60,000 nucleotides of DNA, taken from the NCBI GenBank assembly GCA_964187785.1, contig OZ076413.1, positions 43,340,001-43,400,000 of the forward strand, given 5' to 3'. Position numbers and translations under genes: made by a program. Under the pieces are notes generated by a model. That model made no database searches. It worked only from the letters and a program-made list of their open reading frames with translations, and was not told the DNA's origin. This document shows, in pieces, positions 28,299 to 37,549 of the stretch. The stretch comes from Amphiscolops sp. MND2022. Its lineage: Eukaryota. Each line of letters begins with the position of its first letter. The stretch's first letter is position 1.

Positions 28299-29216
28299 TG
28301 TAACGGCTGCTTGCCCTTATCCTGCGCTGAGGCTTGACAAACTTTACGCCGCCCTGATCCGTTGCTTAGTGCTGTGGACCGTCACTAAACAATTCCTGGT
28401 TTTCGTGTTTTAAAGGACTGTATCTTTTAACTGGTGGGTCCGATGTGACCCGTGGAATCTCCTGCGATTCCTCTTTGCACTGGTTTGGATCCGATCTGAT
28501 CCTGCACACACTTCCCTCACTGTATCTTCACGCGCTCCGGCTCTCCAACTATGAGAGTAGCTACTTAGTCGCTCTGACTCTAGCGAAAAGTTGTGAAGAT
28601 GAGAAGTTGATTAATTAGTCTCTTGGTCCTAAGACCCAACTTGACTATAGCTATACAGTGGAGAAAATCTCTATCTAATTATGGTATACATATCGTTCAC
28701 AATTGTACAGTAAGTATAAGCAAATATCAGTTGAAATATGCGGTATAAATAAATGACATTTAAGTGAAATATTAAAGTTATTGGCTATGTAAACAAACCA
28801 TAGTGTGGGTATAGCATGTTGGTTAGGTGGGCTCTAAAGCATGTTTACACAATGTAAATATCATCAGTTTCAACAGAGTTACAATCTAATGTGGTCATAT
28901 GGGTAAATAACAAAGTTTACATTTTTGGTTCAATGACCTTGAAAACTACACATGTGAGGGGTAAAGGGGGTTTTATTGAGTCGATGACCTTGCAACTTGG
29001 CCGGTGTGTTTGTGTTAGGTACTTGCGTATGTGTGCCAAGTTTCGTGGCTCAAGGGTTAATAGTTGTCGAGAAAACCCGTTTGGGGGGGTTTTCCAATTT
29101 TGTGATGATTGGATTTTCTTCAAATTTTCATCTAAGTTTTTAAGCGTTTAAGTCTTGTTTCTTTCTCAGCATGTTCCAAATCGACTTTCTTTGCCTTCTG
29201 ATGACTGGCGCCAACA
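28299..29216 (-). repeat. Bel/Pao 3' LTR
   Basis: Direct repeat of 34017-34934 with about 20 substitutions by eye. Confidence 0.95.
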
Positions 29217-29299
29217 TTGCCGGCCCTGTTTTTCTCCCGAAAAACACTTTTGTAGAACATGGGTGCCAGTTTCACTACTGGTCTTTTGAGTTTTCCATC

Positions 29300-30181
29300 T
29301 TAAGTTTTCACCAACGCTGATCTCACTCGCCCATCGCTTCCTTGATTGACTTCTAACACTCTACCCAACTTGTAATGTGCTCTTTTTACATTTTCATCCA
29401 CTATCCAAACCAAATCATTGACTTCTAGTTGTCTAACTTCTTCGTTTTTCCATTTTCCAAAGAATTCAAATTGCATCATCATTTCTTCCCGTGATACAGC
29501 CGGCCCTATGAAAGGCCCATTTTCCGAACTTGTTGTTGTTCGTGCTTTTGAAGAAACTAATTGCGTTTCCATTAGCGATATTTCATCTGCAAATTCATCT
29601 ATCATATTTTTTGCATATAGGATGCTAGTTGTCAATTGACCACTTTCGACTATTCCATGTAATAGGTTTGAGCTATGTTCAACCTTCAATAATAGTTTCA
29701 CGAATTGCTTGCGGTGGCCATTGCTCAGTTTGGGTTTGGTGTACGCATTAGGGTTAGCTTGTGCCACTGCATCCATTCCCGAATTTCCATTACCTAACCA
29801 GTTGTTACAGTTTTCACTGTCGTTTGGAATGATTTTGTCCAGCAGTTTTTCATTCAAGCCAACGTCATGTTTTCTACCAAACAACACCTTCACGGATTTT
29901 GTTTCATTACTTGCGTTCTCTTCAGCCGGTTCGTCTTGTTCCAACAAACCACCAAAGGGTCTTCGATATATCGCTTTGCCTCGTGGAACTTCATGAAATT
30001 CAATTTGGCACTCATTCACGAATCCAATTTCTCTGTCCAATTGAGAACATCTTTTTCCTTCTTCAAGTGTTAGAGTGTTGACAGTGAGCTTTATTGCTTG
30101 CTTTTGAGTTGATTGTTTTTCTTTCACATGCTGTCGCACAGAGGCGACATCCACATTCTGTTTCACCAAATCAAGCATCAC
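29300..30181 (-). CDS. Bel/Pao ORF2: unrecognised ~240 aa fused to the Pao integrase C-terminal (DUF5641-like) tail
   Basis: KWKNEEVRQLEVNDLVWIVDENVKRAHYKLGRVLEV..GSDGRVRSALVKT, then a stop, then DGKLKRPVVKLAP (typical Pao end); the stop is probably a nonsense mutation. Confidence 0.75.
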   Translation of the reverse strand: MMLDLVKQNVDVASVRQHVKEKQSTQKQAIKLTVNTLTLEEGKRCSQLDREIGFVNECQIEFHEVPRGKAIYRRPFGGLLEQDEPAEENASNETKSVKVLFGRKHDVGLNEKLLDKIIPNDSENCNNWLGNGNSGMDAVAQANPNAYTKPKLSNGHRKQFVKLLLKVEHSSNLLHGIVESGQLTTSILYAKNMIDEFADEISLMETQLVSSKARTTTSSENGPFIGPAVSREEMMMQFEFFGKWKNEEVRQLEVNDLVWIVDENVKRAHYKLGRVLEVNQGSDGRVRSALVKT

Positions 30182-30192
30182 AGTAAAGTCTT

Positions 30193-33100
30193 TCAGGGTT
30201 CGGAGGTTTGATTTAATTGCAAAACTTTCATATTGTTCTTTTCTCCTACTATTGAGAAACCCATGTTTTTGTCTTGTTCGACTATCATATGGTCACTCAG
30301 AGCTAGGTGCATTTCGTCTTGCCAGACTTGCTTGATCTCCAAAAGGAGGGGTTTAGTACTGACTTCCTGCCAGTTTCTTTCTACAACGAATATATCTGGT
30401 GAGTTCTCCGTATTTTCCTTGGACAATTCGGATACGCTGCAGTGGGAAGTATACACTTCCATGCTCGACCGAGTTTTCATCTGATCCATCAATGGATCCA
30501 CATCTGCAAAAACCAAACTTTCAGTGGCGAACTTCGCAGTTTTTTGTTGAGGCAAGGGTCCACTAAGCATCCACCCCAATTTTGTCAATACGGCCCAAGG
30601 TTTTGACTTTCCACATTTTCTATACCCAATGGCTCTATGCAAGTGGTAACTATCTTGTCCCAAGATGACTTTTACATCTTTCAGGTTGATGGTAGAATCT
30701 TTCAGCACTGACAGGTGTGGATATTCTTCCTTCAATTTCTTGAGGTTGTACGTTCGATTTCCTGCATTTATGTCGGGATGACTATAGGCCATGATATCTT
30801 CTTTGACTTTTCCTTGTTGATCTCCAATCCTGACCCGCAGTCGTTTGCTACTAATATCTGACGCACCATGAATCCCTGCAACATTCAAATCCACTGGCTG
30901 TCCCGTCAGATTGAGCGTTTTCATCAGGCTCTCGTCCACAAAGGACAGGCTTGCCCCAGAGTCGCACAACGCGAACGTTTTCAGAGTTTTGCTCCCACTC
31001 CCTAACGTTACTGGAACAACTGGAAGCACACCACTGCTTCTCATTGATGACAGGTTAGAGACCTCATCAACATTTTCAACATTTTGCTTCTGTTCCTCGT
31101 TCTTGTAAGGTCGGTGCAGTAATCTGTGATGAGGTTTACCGCAACCATTTACGTCGCAAAGTCTACCAGAGCAATTTCTCATCTGATGCGCGTCTGATAG
31201 ACATTTGAAGCTTAATTTCAACTCTTTCGCCTTTTGTCCTCTTTCTTCGACGTTCATCTTTTTGAATTTTTCACATTTCCATATTGGATGTTGACCATCT
31301 TTCAACACACACTCTCGCTGAGTTTTCGTATTGTCATTTGCTGAGTTTGTTGCAGAGGTGGCAAAGGTAGAGCCTTCGGCCTTTTCCTTGTAGCTCATCT
31401 TTGCACGATCAGCGTTCGGGTTTGAAGACATAAGCAGTTCATTTTGCACTTCTGCTATATCATTTAGCCATTCACTGAACACAGCAAGTCCAGGTTGATA
31501 CAGGTTCATTTGCTTGACATAAGTGAGCCACTTCGTTTTCATGTCCAGTGTTAACTTCCTTGTGGCACTGCCTAAAACTCCTTCTGAGTTTAGGTCTCCC
31601 ACGTAGTTGAATTGTGTCAAAACATTCACGCAACTCGACACTATTCTTGCAAACTTGATCAATGCGGTTCCATCATAAGGTTTCATCGGAGGGAAGGAAT
31701 AGATTCCCTTCAACTGGGCGTTCACAACCATTTGAGGTTTTCCAAAGTTTCGAACTAGAACGTTCCACGCCACATTGTACATCTCAGCAGTGTACCCCAG
31801 ACCAGCAATAGCCTCTTTCGCTTTGCCCGTGACCATTGTTTTCAGGTGGTTCATTTTTACACTGTCGTCTATGTTCGCTGCATGGACGGTTGCTTGGAAT
31901 AGTTGTGACCACTCTGGCCACTCCAATGGGTCACCTGAGAATTCTGCCAACTTCAATTTTGGCAAGCTAGATCTGATGTAGTAGTCATCTTTTGCATTTG
32001 AGGCAAAGTTTGGTCCTTGACTGGGCAAATACTGTTTTTGTGTGTTCGCAAGCTGTGGTACTTGAAATGCACCACTCTGGATGCCTCCAAACGTAGGCGG
32101 TAACCGATTCGGGTCTGCACTGAGAGTCATTGACGGCTTCGATGGGGCGAATTTCACTTCTGGTTGTGCTGTTGCTCTTTGAATGACAGCATCTATGACA
32201 GTCTTTGTTCTGTGCTTTCCAATACCTCGACTAGCGGCTTCGATGGATATAGTCGGTTTCACTGAAGGTTTCAAGTCCCTCACTAGCGCGGAGCATTGTC
32301 CTTCATGCATCCATTGTACTGTTATTACTGGTGCTGAGACGGACGTTTGCTGGTATACAGATGGCACGTTAGTCGTCGATGCCACGTTTTCAGCTTCTTC
32401 TGTCTTGTCCATCCAATCTGAGACTTTCGTCAGATTGTCGTCTGGAATCTCGACTGGTGAGATACTTCTGAGACTAGACCCACAACTGCTTGACGCTTGC
32501 GCAATTTGTATTTCCTTTCCGGCAATTTTGGCTTTGCGGACCAGCTCTTCTTGCAGGTCAGCTATTTCCATTTGTTTCGCCCCTCGTTCTAGTTTCTCCA
32601 GGCGCTTTTGCAGTTCTTCGTGCTCTTTCAGAGCTTTCAGCTCCAAATGCATAACTCGTTTTGCAGTTGATGTTTTTGAAATCACAGACGTCTTGTTACT
32701 TTTGGTTTTGTCACCTTGCGAATGTATGCTCAATTCTTCAATTTGCAGCGATCTTGCTCTTTTTCTTGGATCTTGTCTGTCATCTGCGCTTCGACCATCG
32801 AGTTCTTGTTGCTCGTCGTCTGGTTCCGGTTCCTTTTGTGGTGAGGTACCTTTTGTACTGGATTTATCTGCTGCTGAGTTTACACGAGCGCCTGCCAGTC
32901 TTTGTTCAGCGTCTTCAAGACTTCGCAAAATGGCTCCTCCTTCTCCTGTCTTCAGCAGATCTTCAATCCTCGTTTTAATGTCAGACCGTGTCTGCAGCAA
33001 TTCTTGACATGCTGCAGCATAATCTTCTTCGTCGACAACTTTGCCATTTGCGATTGAATCCAACTTTTCGTTGCTAACCATTAGTTTATCAATAGAACGT

Positions 33101-33894
33101 TTCTTCTCGTCAAGGTCCAAGTAGTTTAGTATCTGATTTTCATCTTGCAATGCTGACATCAGTGTTATCACCCTTCCAGTGTTAGAGTTTTGTCGCTGCA
33201 ACTCAACAAATTGGCTCTGCATCGCTTTGATCACAGTTGAGAACATTTCTGGTACCTGTGGTTGGTACTTGACTTTGATTGCATTTTGGATTGCCTTAAT
33301 GAGTCTTTCTCGCCTGTTTATGGCATCTATTCGTCGTAGCAGTAGCTCTGCTATCTGTTTGTTGTCATCATTGCTAGCTAGGTTTTCATCAATTCCTCTG
33401 ATCGTCTTGCCGTGCTCGACAGCTGGATTCCAATAACTCAACGTTTGGGCTTTGTCAGCAGAGTTCTTCAGGAAGTTTTCGATTTTGTTGATATCGAACC
33501 GTTTTGGTTCTGCCATCTTTTCTCTTGTCGATTGAACCCAGTTCCCAATGTCACAATAGCCCAATCTCCCAGAGACACGATAGCCCAATATCCAAGAGTC
33601 AGAATAGCCCAATCTCCCAGACACACAGTAGCTCAATATCCCAGAGACATAATAGCCCAATCTCCCAGAGACACTATAGCCCAATCTCCCAGAGACACAG
33701 TAGCCCAATCTCCCAGAGACACAGTAGCCCAATCTCCCAGAGATACAGTAGCCCAATCTCCCAGAGACACAGTAGCCCAATCTCCCAGAGACACAGTAGC
33801 CCAATCTCCCAGAGACACAGTAGCCCAATCTCCCAGAGACACAGTAGCCCAATCTCCCAGAGACACAAAGTAAGAGACTCCAAGAATCAGACAC
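30193..33894 (-). CDS. Bel/Pao gag-protease polyprotein (DUF1759-like gag, Zn knuckles, aspartic protease); likely ATG at 33516
   Basis: LPKLKLAEFSGDPLEWPEW..LF..., CVLKDGQHPIWKC, CDVNGCGKPHHRLLH, ALCDSGAS, PWAVLTKLGWMLSGP. No RT, RNase H or IN core follows. Confidence 0.9.
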   Translation of the reverse strand: MSDSWSLLLCVSGRLGYCVSGRLGYCVSGRLGYCVSGRLGYCVSGRLGYCISGRLGYCVSGRLGYCVSGRLGYSVSGRLGYYVSGILSYCVSGRLGYSDSWILGYRVSGRLGYCDIGNWVQSTREKMAEPKRFDINKIENFLKNSADKAQTLSYWNPAVEHGKTIRGIDENLASNDDNKQIAELLLRRIDAINRRERLIKAIQNAIKVKYQPQVPEMFSTVIKAMQSQFVELQRQNSNTGRVITLMSALQDENQILNYLDLDEKKRSIDKLMVSNEKLDSIANGKVVDEEDYAAACQELLQTRSDIKTRIEDLLKTGEGGAILRSLEDAEQRLAGARVNSAADKSSTKGTSPQKEPEPDDEQQELDGRSADDRQDPRKRARSLQIEELSIHSQGDKTKSNKTSVISKTSTAKRVMHLELKALKEHEELQKRLEKLERGAKQMEIADLQEELVRKAKIAGKEIQIAQASSSCGSSLRSISPVEIPDDNLTKVSDWMDKTEEAENVASTTNVPSVYQQTSVSAPVITVQWMHEGQCSALVRDLKPSVKPTISIEAASRGIGKHRTKTVIDAVIQRATAQPEVKFAPSKPSMTLSADPNRLPPTFGGIQSGAFQVPQLANTQKQYLPSQGPNFASNAKDDYYIRSSLPKLKLAEFSGDPLEWPEWSQLFQATVHAANIDDSVKMNHLKTMVTGKAKEAIAGLGYTAEMYNVAWNVLVRNFGKPQMVVNAQLKGIYSFPPMKPYDGTALIKFARIVSSCVNVLTQFNYVGDLNSEGVLGSATRKLTLDMKTKWLTYVKQMNLYQPGLAVFSEWLNDIAEVQNELLMSSNPNADRAKMSYKEKAEGSTFATSATNSANDNTKTQRECVLKDGQHPIWKCEKFKKMNVEERGQKAKELKLSFKCLSDAHQMRNCSGRLCDVNGCGKPHHRLLHRPYKNEEQKQNVENVDEVSNLSSMRSSGVLPVVPVTLGSGSKTLKTFALCDSGASLSFVDESLMKTLNLTGQPVDLNVAGIHGASDISSKRLRVRIGDQQGKVKEDIMAYSHPDINAGNRTYNLKKLKEEYPHLSVLKDSTINLKDVKVILGQDSYHLHRAIGYRKCGKSKPWAVLTKLGWMLSGPLPQQKTAKFATESLVFADVDPLMDQMKTRSSMEVYTSHCSVSELSKENTENSPDIFVVERNWQEVSTKPLLLEIKQVWQDEMHLALSDHMIVEQDKNMGFSIVGEKNNMKVLQLNQTSEP
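33556..33867. repeat. 24-bp minisatellite (gtagcccaatctcccagagacaca) x13 in the Bel/Pao 5' leader
   Basis: 13 tandem units, degenerating toward gag. Confidence 0.95.
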
Positions 33895-33948
33895 TTGTTC
33901 TTCTTGGGCAATCTTCTCAGTTATCCAACAACGAGTCGTCTTCTTCTA

Positions 33949-34016
33949 GTCCGGGTCGTCCACCAACGAGTTGTCCGGGTCGTCCACCAACGGGTTGTCC
34001 GGGTCGGCGGATCAAA
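33949..34016 (-). promoter_or_regulatory. Bel/Pao primer-binding site plus two tandem PBS-like 24-bp repeats
   Basis: Minus strand: tttgatccgccgacccggac, aacccgttggtggacgacccggac, aactcgttggtggacgacccggac; the first resembles the tRNA-Tyr-type PBS of BEL elements. Confidence 0.6.
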
Positions 34017-34934
34017 TGTAACGGCTGCTTGCCCTTATCCTGCGCTGAGGCTTGACAAACTTTACGCCGCCCTGATCCGTTGCTTAGTGCTGTGGACCGT
34101 CACTAAACAATTCCTGGTTTTCGTGTTTTAAAGGACTGCATCTTTTAACTGGTGGGTCCGATGTGACCCGTGGAATCTCCTGCGATTCCTCTTTGCACTG
34201 GTTTGGATCCGATGTGATCCTGCACACACTTCCCTCACTGTATCTTCACGCGCTCCGGCTCCGCAACTATGAGAGTAGCTACTTAGTCGCTCTGACTCTA
34301 GCGAAAAGTTGTGAAGATGAGAAGTTGATTAATTAGTCTCTTGGTCCTAAGACCCAACTTGACTATACCTATACAGTGGAGAAAATCTCTATCTAATTAT
34401 GGTATACATATCGTTTACAATTCTACAGTAAGTATAGGCAAATATCAGTTGAAATATGCGGTATAAATAAATGACATTTAAGTGAAATATTAAAATTATT
34501 GGCTATGTAAACAAACCATAGTGTGGGTATAGCATGTTGGTTAGGTGGGCTCTAAAGCATGTTTCCACAATGTAAAGATCATCAATTTCAACAGAGTTAC
34601 ATTCTAATGTGGTCATATGGGTAAATAACAAAGTTTACATTTTTGGTTCAATGACCTTGAAAACTACACATGTGAGGGGTAAAGGGGGTTTTAATGAGTC
34701 GATGACCTTGAAACTTGGCCGGTGTGTTTGTGTTAGGTACTTGCGTATGTGTGCCAAGTTTCGTGGCTCTAGGATTAATAGTTGTCGAGAAAACCCGTTT
34801 GGGGGGGGTTTCCAATTTTGTGATGATTGGATTTTCTTCGAATTTTCATCTAAGTTTTTAAGAATTTAAGTCTTGTTTCTTTCTCAGCATGTTCCAAATC
34901 GACTTTCTTTGCCTTCTGATGACTGGCGCCAACA
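34017..34934 (-). repeat. Bel/Pao 5' LTR
   Basis: Direct repeat of 28299-29216. Confidence 0.95.
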
Positions 34935-36063
34935 ATGTCACAGTTTATTCTAAGAGAGAAGGCTGTTACTGTACATTTTGTATTAACTATTACAGTCTTT
35001 GGACGCTATTTGAATAACTTGACGTCATTTGGACGTATTTGTGCGGCAGTAAAATATGAACTGGGGAGAGCTAAATTTTAATAACATAATCATATTTTTC
35101 CTAATGCTTTGTCTACATTTGTATCTTTTCACTATACCTATGTTCATTGTTGCCTCAGTTGTACGCGAGAATCACGGTTGAATATCTTAGCATTTGTAAC
35201 TATTATTGTGACTAGTTGTGTTGCTCCGTTGATTTAAATTGACGACGTCAGGACGTTGACCCATAATTTCGTGATTTTATGAAGGTTTAATCGTGAGGAT
35301 TCGTGCGCTTTGAATTTCATGATTATCACGTCATATTCCCGTAACCTCTTAGACAATTTCGTGGTAGCCAAGTGTTGCAGTTGAATCGATTTAGTACTCT
35401 AATGTAAACGTTAATGCTTCGTTGACTTGTTCTAATTAGTTAATAACCATCTAAATTGAGTCCAATTTAGAAATTGTTGCTACTTCTATAACTTTCGTTT
35501 CCACTTTTCCTAGCATCATTGGAAGTTCTAAAGCTGAAAACATTAGTCACAGCATTTCTCTCAAGTTAAAATTCAAAATCAAGCATTAGTTGTTCACGTC
35601 AGCGTCACCTCAGCGTCAATTTCTAACGAACCAAAGCAGTAAAACGGGGAAGCATTTCCGGTTTGACAGACTGAAGTAATATCTACTTCCTGCTTGGGAG
35701 GAAATAAAAAGGACGCCGGGATGAAATGATATGATTATGCTTGATGACTAATATGAGTTGAAGAACATCGTGTCTCAAAAATTGACGAAAAGTCGACGTA
35801 AAATTGGGAACGAATGATTTTTTCACCGAAAATACAGGAAATGACTAATTGTTCGAAGGAAATCAGGATTTTAACTCGTGACCAAATGATGCTAGGAGGG
35901 TATATATATGATGATCTTGGTGGGCTGAGGGACTCAGTCTTTTGTAATTGTGTGATTCAGTTGAATTCTCAATTTCTCCAAACTCTAATTTTCTACCTAA
36001 CTCTGTTTGAAAATATCTCTGAAAGAAATTCAATTCTTCAAGATAAAACTTTTCTACAGCAAA

Positions 36064-37503
36064 ATGTCAACAACAAGAAGCCAGAAAAGAAGGAATGATC
36101 AGCAAGAAGGTGATAGAAACGTAAGTGAAGGTTTTGTTTCGCCAATAGTAATGGAAGTTCCCTGTTCCTCGAACCAGGACGTAGAAGCGACGGGCCCATT
36201 CATACCAAAATCGCCTCGAATTGAAAATAGCCTCTTGGAGAGTTTAAGGGCTTCTTTAAAGGAGGAAATAACATCTGAGATTAAGAATCTTTTCATCGAG
36301 TCCCAAAGGGAGATGTTGGAACTCCTCAAACCTAAAACAAGAGAGAACGTCAGGGATAACTTTGATGAGGAAACGGAAAACGAAACTAGAAACTTTTATA
36401 CTCCAACAAAATCAGTTAGGATAAATTGTACACAAAACGACCAGAATGTAAGTCGTAACATGGTGACTGGAGTCTTACCCGACTCCACAAACCAGCCAAA
36501 AAGAACGAAAGCCCGGTCCCAAAGTCAACCGACGTCAAAAGAACGTCCAGTAGTGGCAAGGACTTTATTTGCAACGGATAAAAATGATGGCACTGCACTG
36601 CCCATGCGAAAAGCACTAACGGCGTCACTCCCGACCTTCGACGGGAAGTCGGAAAAATTCGAGCTTTTCGAAGACTTTTTTCGCAATAATATCAAAATGT
36701 ACCCACACCTTACGGAAATTCAAAAAATAAACTATTTCCACTCCTTACTCAGAGGAGATGCCTTACAGGCGTTTCGCAATATCGAAGATACGAAAAAGGA
36801 TCCCCTTGATGAAATCATGACGATCTTCAAACGACGTTTCGGAGACTATTTGTCTATGGCCAAAGCAATATGCGAATGGGATGCGCTCAAATTCGATCCC
36901 TCCAACCAAAAACTCCACGAATTTCTGGATGTACTTCAAAAAACTGCCAAAGAAGCCTTCGGCTCCGAAGCCCAACAATTTATTGATAAGGCGATCTATG
37001 CAAAAATGCCAGACCACGTAAAGAAAATACTAAACAGGGCGTACCTTGAGGACAAACCCTACAACGACATCGTACTCCACCTAGAAAGAGAAATGAGACT
37101 TAACGGCCTCGGAGCGCCAGACGAGGTCACCCTGGTACCACTAAACAAAGTAGAACCAGCCCCACCAAACACTGAGTCCAAACAGGCCGACAACACAATG
37201 CAAAACGCCAAGAAGGGGTATTGCTTCTACTGCAACAAATTTGGACACTACAAAGCGGAATGTAGGAAAATGAAAAGAGATAAATGGATGCAAACTAAAA
37301 GAACTAATGGCCAAACCAACAGCACCTCAGACAAACCACTTAAATGCGACACGTGTGGCAAACCCCACAAAACGGAAAATTGTTGGAATGGAGCCAACGC
37401 TGCCAACGACCCGCGTCCCAAACGTCACACTACACAAGAACAGAAAAGAGACACTCCGGCACTAATGACAACAACCGACTTTACCACCGAACCAAAAAAC
37501 TAA
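36064..37503 (+). CDS. Gypsy gag (starts inside the LTR, MSTTRSQKRR...), two Zn knuckles
   Basis: LPTFDGKSEKFELFED, CFYCNKFGHYKAEC, CDTCGKPHKTENC; frame is open throughout. Confidence 0.9.
   Translation: MSTTRSQKRRNDQQEGDRNVSEGFVSPIVMEVPCSSNQDVEATGPFIPKSPRIENSLLESLRASLKEEITSEIKNLFIESQREMLELLKPKTRENVRDNFDEETENETRNFYTPTKSVRINCTQNDQNVSRNMVTGVLPDSTNQPKRTKARSQSQPTSKERPVVARTLFATDKNDGTALPMRKALTASLPTFDGKSEKFELFEDFFRNNIKMYPHLTEIQKINYFHSLLRGDALQAFRNIEDTKKDPLDEIMTIFKRRFGDYLSMAKAICEWDALKFDPSNQKLHEFLDVLQKTAKEAFGSEAQQFIDKAIYAKMPDHVKKILNRAYLEDKPYNDIVLHLEREMRLNGLGAPDEVTLVPLNKVEPAPPNTESKQADNTMQNAKKGYCFYCNKFGHYKAECRKMKRDKWMQTKRTNGQTNSTSDKPLKCDTCGKPHKTENCWNGANAANDPRPKRHTTQEQKRDTPALMTTTDFTTEPKN
36461..36474 (+). 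promoter_or_regulatory. Gypsy primer-binding site (tggtgactggag...), possibly tRNA-Trp-type
   Basis: TGG immediately follows the LTR end ...cgtaaca; complementary to a tRNA ending GTCACCA. Confidence 0.65.
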
Positions 37504-37549
37504 TTACGCCGCGCCTGCGTTTTGGGGAAAAAGTAGACGCGAGGGCGTA
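37494..37549 (+). promoter_or_regulatory. gag-pol -1 ribosomal frameshift signal
   Basis: Slippery heptamer A AAA AAC directly before the gag stop; downstream stem tacgcc...ggcgta; pol continues in the -1 frame (ORF 37344-37724). Confidence 0.75.

Larger units (their letters stand above)
28299..34934 (-). mobile_element. non-autonomous Bel/Pao LTR retrotransposon
   Basis: 918-bp LTRs at 28299-29216 and 34017-34934 (TGT..ACA). TSD ttgtc/atgtc. PBS-like tttgatccgccgacccgga after the 5' LTR and PPT gggagaaaaacagggccggcaa before the 3' LTR, both on minus. Confidence 0.95.
27369..36460 (+). repeat. Gypsy 5' LTR (27369-28298 plus 34940-36460), split by the Bel/Pao insertion
   Basis: Colinear with 47817-50284 once 28299-34939 is removed; about 2% differences by eye. 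Confidence 0.95.

Noticed and set aside
28294..28302. Bel target site tgtcacag equals the first 8 nt of the Gypsy LTR
   Set aside because: A single 8-mer match is compatible with chance.
28891..29151. duplicated 86-aa ORF (also 34609-34869)
   Set aside because: Duplicated only because it lies in both Bel LTRs; no coding evidence.
32183..33007. 274-aa plus-strand ORF
   Set aside because: Antisense shadow of the Bel/Pao gag frame with no independent motifs.
33556..33867. CRISPR-like array
   Set aside because: Head-to-tail 24-bp units with no unique spacers, eukaryotic retrotransposon context, no cas genes.
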